Positions 60,019-64,000 of a DNA stretch of 64,000 nucleotides are shown piece after piece. The position numbers were made by a program, and so were the translations under genes. Every line of letters starts with the position of its first letter. Position 1 is the stretch's first letter. Origin of the DNA: an uncultured virus (IMG/VR IMGVR_UViG_3300034104_001787) (taxonomy: Duplodnaviria; Heunggongvirae; Uroviricota; Caudoviricetes); the IMG/VR virus record IMGVR_UViG_3300034104_001787; one strand, written 5' to 3'. The notes under the pieces are model-generated. The model saw only the letters and a list, made by a program, of their open reading frames with translations, made no database searches and was not told the origin of the DNA.

Positions 60019-60985
60019 CTAATAGCCAAGATATGGTAGAAGCTACATATGATTTACCGTGTAGCTTTACTAAGTCGCTGATATCTTTTGCTCCATAGTT
60101 CGTGGTCGCGAAACGCCCGTTAGTTAGGAACAAGGGCGAAATATCGAATTTTTTACGCATGTAGTTTGCCATCTTGATACCCGCTCTATCGAAATCGTAG
60201 AGGGAATAGACAAACTTGCTTTTCGATTTGATACCTTCAATCCACTCAGGATCGGGGTAGACGGACTCACTCTGTGGGGCAACAGCGGTAATACCAAACT
60301 CGTGTAAGACCAGTACATCCTTCATACTCTTGGTGATTATAGTACCTTTACTATAATCCCTTGGAATATGCTCACCTTGTACAACAGTGCAGTTACATAT
60401 AAATCTACTTCCTTTTCTAAACGGGAAGTAAATTTTGTAGTCTCCTCCACCAAACCAGTAGGCATAAGCTACGTCGCTCTTCTGGAAGTTGTAAACGATT
60501 TTACCGTTGACCCAGACGTTGCTTACAGGATACACGTGAAACATCCGAAGGGTATCTTTTGATACACCGAAGGAAGTCCAGTATAACTTATCTACTTCTT
60601 CAAAGTCCCTCCTCTTAATTTGGATTGCGGTATGTTCCTTGTGCATCTCTTCAGGAGTGATATACTCTATACGAGGCACAGGGTTGTTTGTATGTAGACC
60701 AAAATCCTCTACGATAAGAGAGAGTGTTTCGTTGTAACTGAGATTAAACTTCTCCATTACAAGCTTGAAACAACCAGCTACATATCCTGTAGCAAAGTCC
60801 TTGAATAATAGGTCGCCTTGTTTGGTATAGAAGAATCCGCAACTTGGATTTTTATCCTGCCGTAATGGAGAAGTAATCCGCTTGTGAAGTTCAACCCTCA
60901 CTTGCAGATACTTCTCCATTATTTGTTCTTGCGACAGGCGCGTCAGGATAAAATCTTTAGTTATGTCCGGACGCAGCGTATACAT
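59999..60985 (-). CDS. DNA primase (crAss-like TOPRIM type)
   Basis: SPLRQDKNPSC...FKDF, KIYFP, IITKSMKDV, APQSES, YDFDRAG and KDISD motifs. Confidence 0.85.
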   Translation of the reverse strand: MYTLRPDITKDFILTRLSQEQIMEKYLQVRVELHKRITSPLRQDKNPSCGFFYTKQGDLLFKDFATGYVAGCFKLVMEKFNLSYNETLSLIVEDFGLHTNNPVPRIEYITPEEMHKEHTAIQIKRRDFEEVDKLYWTSFGVSKDTLRMFHVYPVSNVWVNGKIVYNFQKSDVAYAYWFGGGDYKIYFPFRKGSRFICNCTVVQGEHIPRDYSKGTIITKSMKDVLVLHEFGITAVAPQSESVYPDPEWIEGIKSKSKFVYSLYDFDRAGIKMANYMRKKFDISPLFLTNGRFATTNYGAKDISDLVKLHGKSYVASTISWLLDEYHNH

Positions 60986-61611
60986 TACCAGGGTGCGCTA
61001 TCCAACTCAGCACTGGTGGTTGAGTCGAATACAGAAGTGTGCGATTCAATAGTATCAGGTACTGGTGGGGTAACATTATCCCACTCAGGGTTGATAGTAA
61101 GCCGAGAAACCTCACTCATATTTTGAATGAAGGGAGCCACCGCACGCTTAGGGAAGGTAGTATATGCGCTGTTCTTCTTGTAGATCGTCTTGATACGTAC
61201 AGGAACATTGTTATACGTCTGTCCCAACAGCTTGATGATGCCGTTAGCAAACTCTTCAAACGTCTGAGCGTGGAATACACACTTGTCTTTTGGGATATAG
61301 CAAGACAGGATATGCTTGATACGCTCGCCTTGGCTTTGAAACTCTTGCTTCACATACCGCTCGGCATCATCCTTCGACTTCGACCATCCCTTAGCAGCTT
61401 GCAAGCGGGATTCATAGTCGATAGGAAACTCGATATGGGTGAAGGTAGCTCCGTTACTATCCGCAAAGACAAACTTCAGCACCTTCTGTCCAGTGCCATC
61501 TGTCTTGAGGTGATCATACGTAACATCTTTCAGCAAGACGTTCTCTGTAATACCAGCTTGAATCTTAGATCCACCAGAGCTGGTGTTTGTGCTTTCATCG
61601 AATCCGTACAT
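60985..61611 (-). CDS. Putative single-stranded DNA-binding protein
   Basis: Between AAA ATPase and primase; acidic tail ending ELDSAPW. Confidence 0.55.
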   Translation of the reverse strand: MYGFDESTNTSSGGSKIQAGITENVLLKDVTYDHLKTDGTGQKVLKFVFADSNGATFTHIEFPIDYESRLQAAKGWSKSKDDAERYVKQEFQSQGERIKHILSCYIPKDKCVFHAQTFEEFANGIIKLLGQTYNNVPVRIKTIYKKNSAYTTFPKRAVAPFIQNMSEVSRLTINPEWDNVTPPVPDTIESHTSVFDSTTSAELDSAPW

Positions 61612-61613
61612 AG

Positions 61614-62315
61614 TCAGTTATTTTTAATTAGATCAGGGTATATCTCAGACCAATTCAATTCCATCAGTTGATTTGCAAGACGTGGAATACGACATCCCGC
61701 ATCGGTGTTTTGTCCCGTACGGAAATCAATCATCAGCTTGCCTTCAGCGTTGCGTGTAATACGTCCTACGCCATCCATAATAGAGCAGAGATGGGTCTTT
61801 AACTTACCAGTCAAAGCCACCTTCTCCACCTCGATTTGTTCCTCACCATGACCATCCTTCTGATGGCCTACAATGATGAGCTTATTGGCGATTTTAGCAA
61901 AGGTTTCTACCACAGCAATCGTTTGGTTACGTGCCATAGCCCAGCCCTTGCCGTGTGGTAAATCACCGATAGATTGTACCCTATGCTTGGCACAGATCTC
62001 TTCGGTAACCCACGCTTCGATATGATCGATAGTATCGATTACGATAAAATCAAACTTATCTTGTTGTGCAGTAATGTACTTATGCACCTCACGCAGCGTA
62101 GGCAAATCACCTACGATAACGCTGTATGCACCTGTACAGAAACTTGTTCCACCTACGGGAACTCCATCCTTAGTCCCCTTGATTTCTGTATCTATGATAA
62201 GGTGCTTTGGTAACGCTGCAATAGCTGTCGTCTTACCAACCTTAGGCTTACCATAGATAAACAATCTATGAGGACTCGGGGCTGCCTCTTGTAATCGTGG
62301 TTCAATCATCTTCAA
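61614..62315 (-). CDS. AAA_24/Sak4-like ATPase
   Basis: Walker A YGKPKVGKTT, IIDTE, Walker B IVIDTI, LPHGKGW and IIVGH motifs. Confidence 0.85.
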   Translation of the reverse strand: MKMIEPRLQEAAPSPHRLFIYGKPKVGKTTAIAALPKHLIIDTEIKGTKDGVPVGGTSFCTGAYSVIVGDLPTLREVHKYITAQQDKFDFIVIDTIDHIEAWVTEEICAKHRVQSIGDLPHGKGWAMARNQTIAVVETFAKIANKLIIVGHQKDGHGEEQIEVEKVALTGKLKTHLCSIMDGVGRITRNAEGKLMIDFRTGQNTDAGCRIPRLANQLMELNWSEIYPDLIKNN

Positions 62316-62658
62316 ATGTGCTAAAATGTTTATCTATTACATTGATTAAATGCTTGTTCAATCTCTTCCTCAACCAAAGGTAGCACTCACCCGCTTCTAT
62401 GCCGTTCACTTTGAGTAGCGATATGCTTGGAGGTAAGAAGACTTGATCAAAGGGTTCAATCTTAACCGTATTCATTAGGGGCCGGAAAGTTATTACTTCA
62501 TTCTCAGATATAAAGAAGTAAGTTACTTCTGTATCTAATTGTGGCTCGTAATGATTGGTTATTGTAGGGGACTTATATACATCTCCTACATACACTTGTA
62601 GATTCTCATATGGAAAATCCACGTCGGGGACTTTGAGTTGCCTGAGGTTGAGTGTCAT
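62302..62658 (-). CDS. Hypothetical protein
   Basis: Fills the gap between DnaB and the AAA ATPase; start uncertain, overlaps the DnaB end. Confidence 0.45.
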   Translation of the reverse strand: MTLNLRQLKVPDVDFPYENLQVYVGDVYKSPTITNHYEPQLDTEVTYFFISENEVITFRPLMNTVKIEPFDQVFLPPSISLLKVNGIEAGECYLWLRKRLNKHLINVIDKHFSTFEDD

Positions 62659-63589
62659 ACTCTTCGAAGCTTCCATTCTTTAAATTGTTTGTAAGTAGCG
62701 TCAAGGCTGTTTGCCCGTGCCTGTTCTTTAGGCAGTGCAAAGCCACAAGGTTTTGTGTTGGTATATTTCTACGTCCGTAATACTCTAACCCCAACAGGCT
62801 TGGTTGGTGAATGACGAGCACACAATCTGCTGCGTGATACAACTGTTTAGAACCGTGTATGTCGGTCTTCATAGGGTAATGCAGGTTGGGCACGTCAGGA
62901 TCTCTACGCCTATCTCCTTCTATCTTATCGTTTAGCTGAGAAAGCAATAATACCATTGCACCATATCTCTTACGAATCTCAATACACATCTTGCCTAACT
63001 CCGCCAGAGTTTGGATCTCGTCTTCTCCCTGTACAGGAGCAACCAAGAGTGTATGGTCTAAACAGATTACATAGTGGGAGTCAGGGTTATCGTCGACAAA
63101 TTTCTTAATCGTCTTGGCAATCTGAATCCTGTTACCGGGGTTCTCTACGAAGTATAAATCGGGCTCTTTAATCTTCCCTAACCTATCGTATATAAGAGCC
63201 TTCTCGGTATCGTTCAGTCGCAAGTCCGCCTTCAGAATTTTATCCAGCCCGACCGTAGACAAAGCACTAATCCGCCTAATCAATTCCATCTCAGCACTCA
63301 TCTCGAAGCTGAAGTGTAGGATCTTCAAAGGCTTTTTAAATTCATTAAACACAGGAGAAGTAAAGTCCCTCATAAGGTTATTGAGGAACATACTCTTGCC
63401 GTGTCCTGATGCACCTGCAACGACATAGACCATCCCAAACTGCAAGCCACCAAGAAGCATATCATTTACCTTCTTCCAGCGGGTCTTTAGTACAGGGACA
63501 GTACCATCCATGTACGATTCTATGGTAGACGTAGTAGTGACTACCACCTCATCCATAGATCGTATTGGTAGTTCAAAGGAGTCGGTCAT
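62606..63589 (-). CDS. dnaB: Replicative DnaB-like helicase (C-terminal domain only)
   Basis: AGASGHGKS, FSFEM, LDH, LSQLN, ADCVLVIH and KNRHG motifs; likely start MTDSF at 63589. Confidence 0.9.
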   Translation of the reverse strand: MTDSFELPIRSMDEVVVTTTSTIESYMDGTVPVLKTRWKKVNDMLLGGLQFGMVYVVAGASGHGKSMFLNNLMRDFTSPVFNEFKKPLKILHFSFEMSAEMELIRRISALSTVGLDKILKADLRLNDTEKALIYDRLGKIKEPDLYFVENPGNRIQIAKTIKKFVDDNPDSHYVICLDHTLLVAPVQGEDEIQTLAELGKMCIEIRKRYGAMVLLLSQLNDKIEGDRRRDPDVPNLHYPMKTDIHGSKQLYHAADCVLVIHQPSLLGLEYYGRRNIPTQNLVALHCLKNRHGQTALTLLTNNLKNGSFEEYDTQPQATQSPRRGFSI

Positions 63590-64000
63590 GGGGCATATCT
63601 TCTTGAGTTTCTGCATCCATCAGTTTGCAGACATCAATATATGCTTCAGACATCAGCCATTTGTCGATACGAATTGCAATCAGTTTATTATCAATAGCAT
63701 ACTTCAAAGCACCAATAATCATATCGTGCTTCTCTTGAGTAACAATAGTTTGGTGATACTTCTTCACCAACTCTTCTTTGTTTACCCCTTTAGCAGGAAT
63801 CTTCTTATTGTTGATTGTGATGTAGCCGGGATATAACTCCCAGAACTCTTCTGCATTTCTCATAGTAGCGTCATAAAAGAGGGTGACAAACTTCTCTGTA
63901 GGTTCATAGTAGTCGGCATATACACTACGCACATTGACATTTGTATTGATAATTAGACCTTTAGATTCTAAATCATCAATCATATCGGCGGTAAAGTAAT
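63573..64000 (-). CDS. Replication-associated protein (initiator/helicase-loader-like), 5' truncated
   Basis: Frame open to the window edge; EEFWELYP motif; directly upstream of DnaB. Confidence 0.55.
   Translation of the reverse strand, partial: YFTADMIDDLESKGLIINTNVNVRSVYADYYEPTEKFVTLFYDATMRNAEEFWELYPGYITINNKKIPAKGVNKEELVKKYHQTIVTQEKHDMIIGALKYAIDNKLIAIRIDKWLMSEAYIDVCKLMDAETQEDMPHDRLL

Noticed and set aside
61039..61671. 210-aa + strand ORF opposite the SSB-like gene
   Set aside because: Antisense shadow in a uniformly minus-strand operon.
1..64000. Stop-codon reassignment as in some crAss-like phages
   Set aside because: Standard code gives dense intact ORFs, including 5006 aa; TAA and TGA end genes at coupled junctions; no suppressor tRNA seen.
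1..64000. Introns, inteins, DGR, CRISPR array, integrase or transposase
   Set aside because: MCP, RNAP, DnaB and primase read uninterrupted; no RT, homing nuclease, repeat-spacer or recombinase motifs recognised.

Overview
This 64 kb window is about two-thirds of a crAss-like (Crassvirales-type) bacteriophage genome. The host is inferred to be Bacteroidota from TAnnTTTG promoter boxes and AT-rich leaders without Shine-Dalgarno motifs. The + strand arm (1-51,122) is the virion module: partial portal, scaffold-like protein, major capsid protein, conserved crAss-like structural genes, a mosaic tail-fibre cluster, a holin-like gene, an IHF-like protein, tail tubular and tail stabilisation proteins, two GH73-containing cargo proteins and a 5006-aa virion RNA polymerase with a DFDIDK motif and a zincin HExxH motif. 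The - strand arm (51,076-64,000) carries replication, recombination and nucleotide-metabolism genes (DnaB, AAA ATPase, SSB-like, primase, RusA-like, NinB-like, PD-(D/E)XK nuclease, Ung, MazG-like, ThyX), an M15 endolysin, a secreted M43 metalloprotease, small ORFs and five tRNA or tRNA-like genes. Notable signals: dockerin-like Ca-binding motifs in three unrelated proteins; strong CCWGG and CTAG avoidance, broken mainly in one tail-tip module; tRNA-Ile(UAU) plus a degenerate Ile(AAU); an abrupt G/C skew switch inside the RNAP gene; and REPIN-like palindromes in the small-ORF/tRNA region. All calls come from motif reading and recalled family knowledge; no database searches were run.
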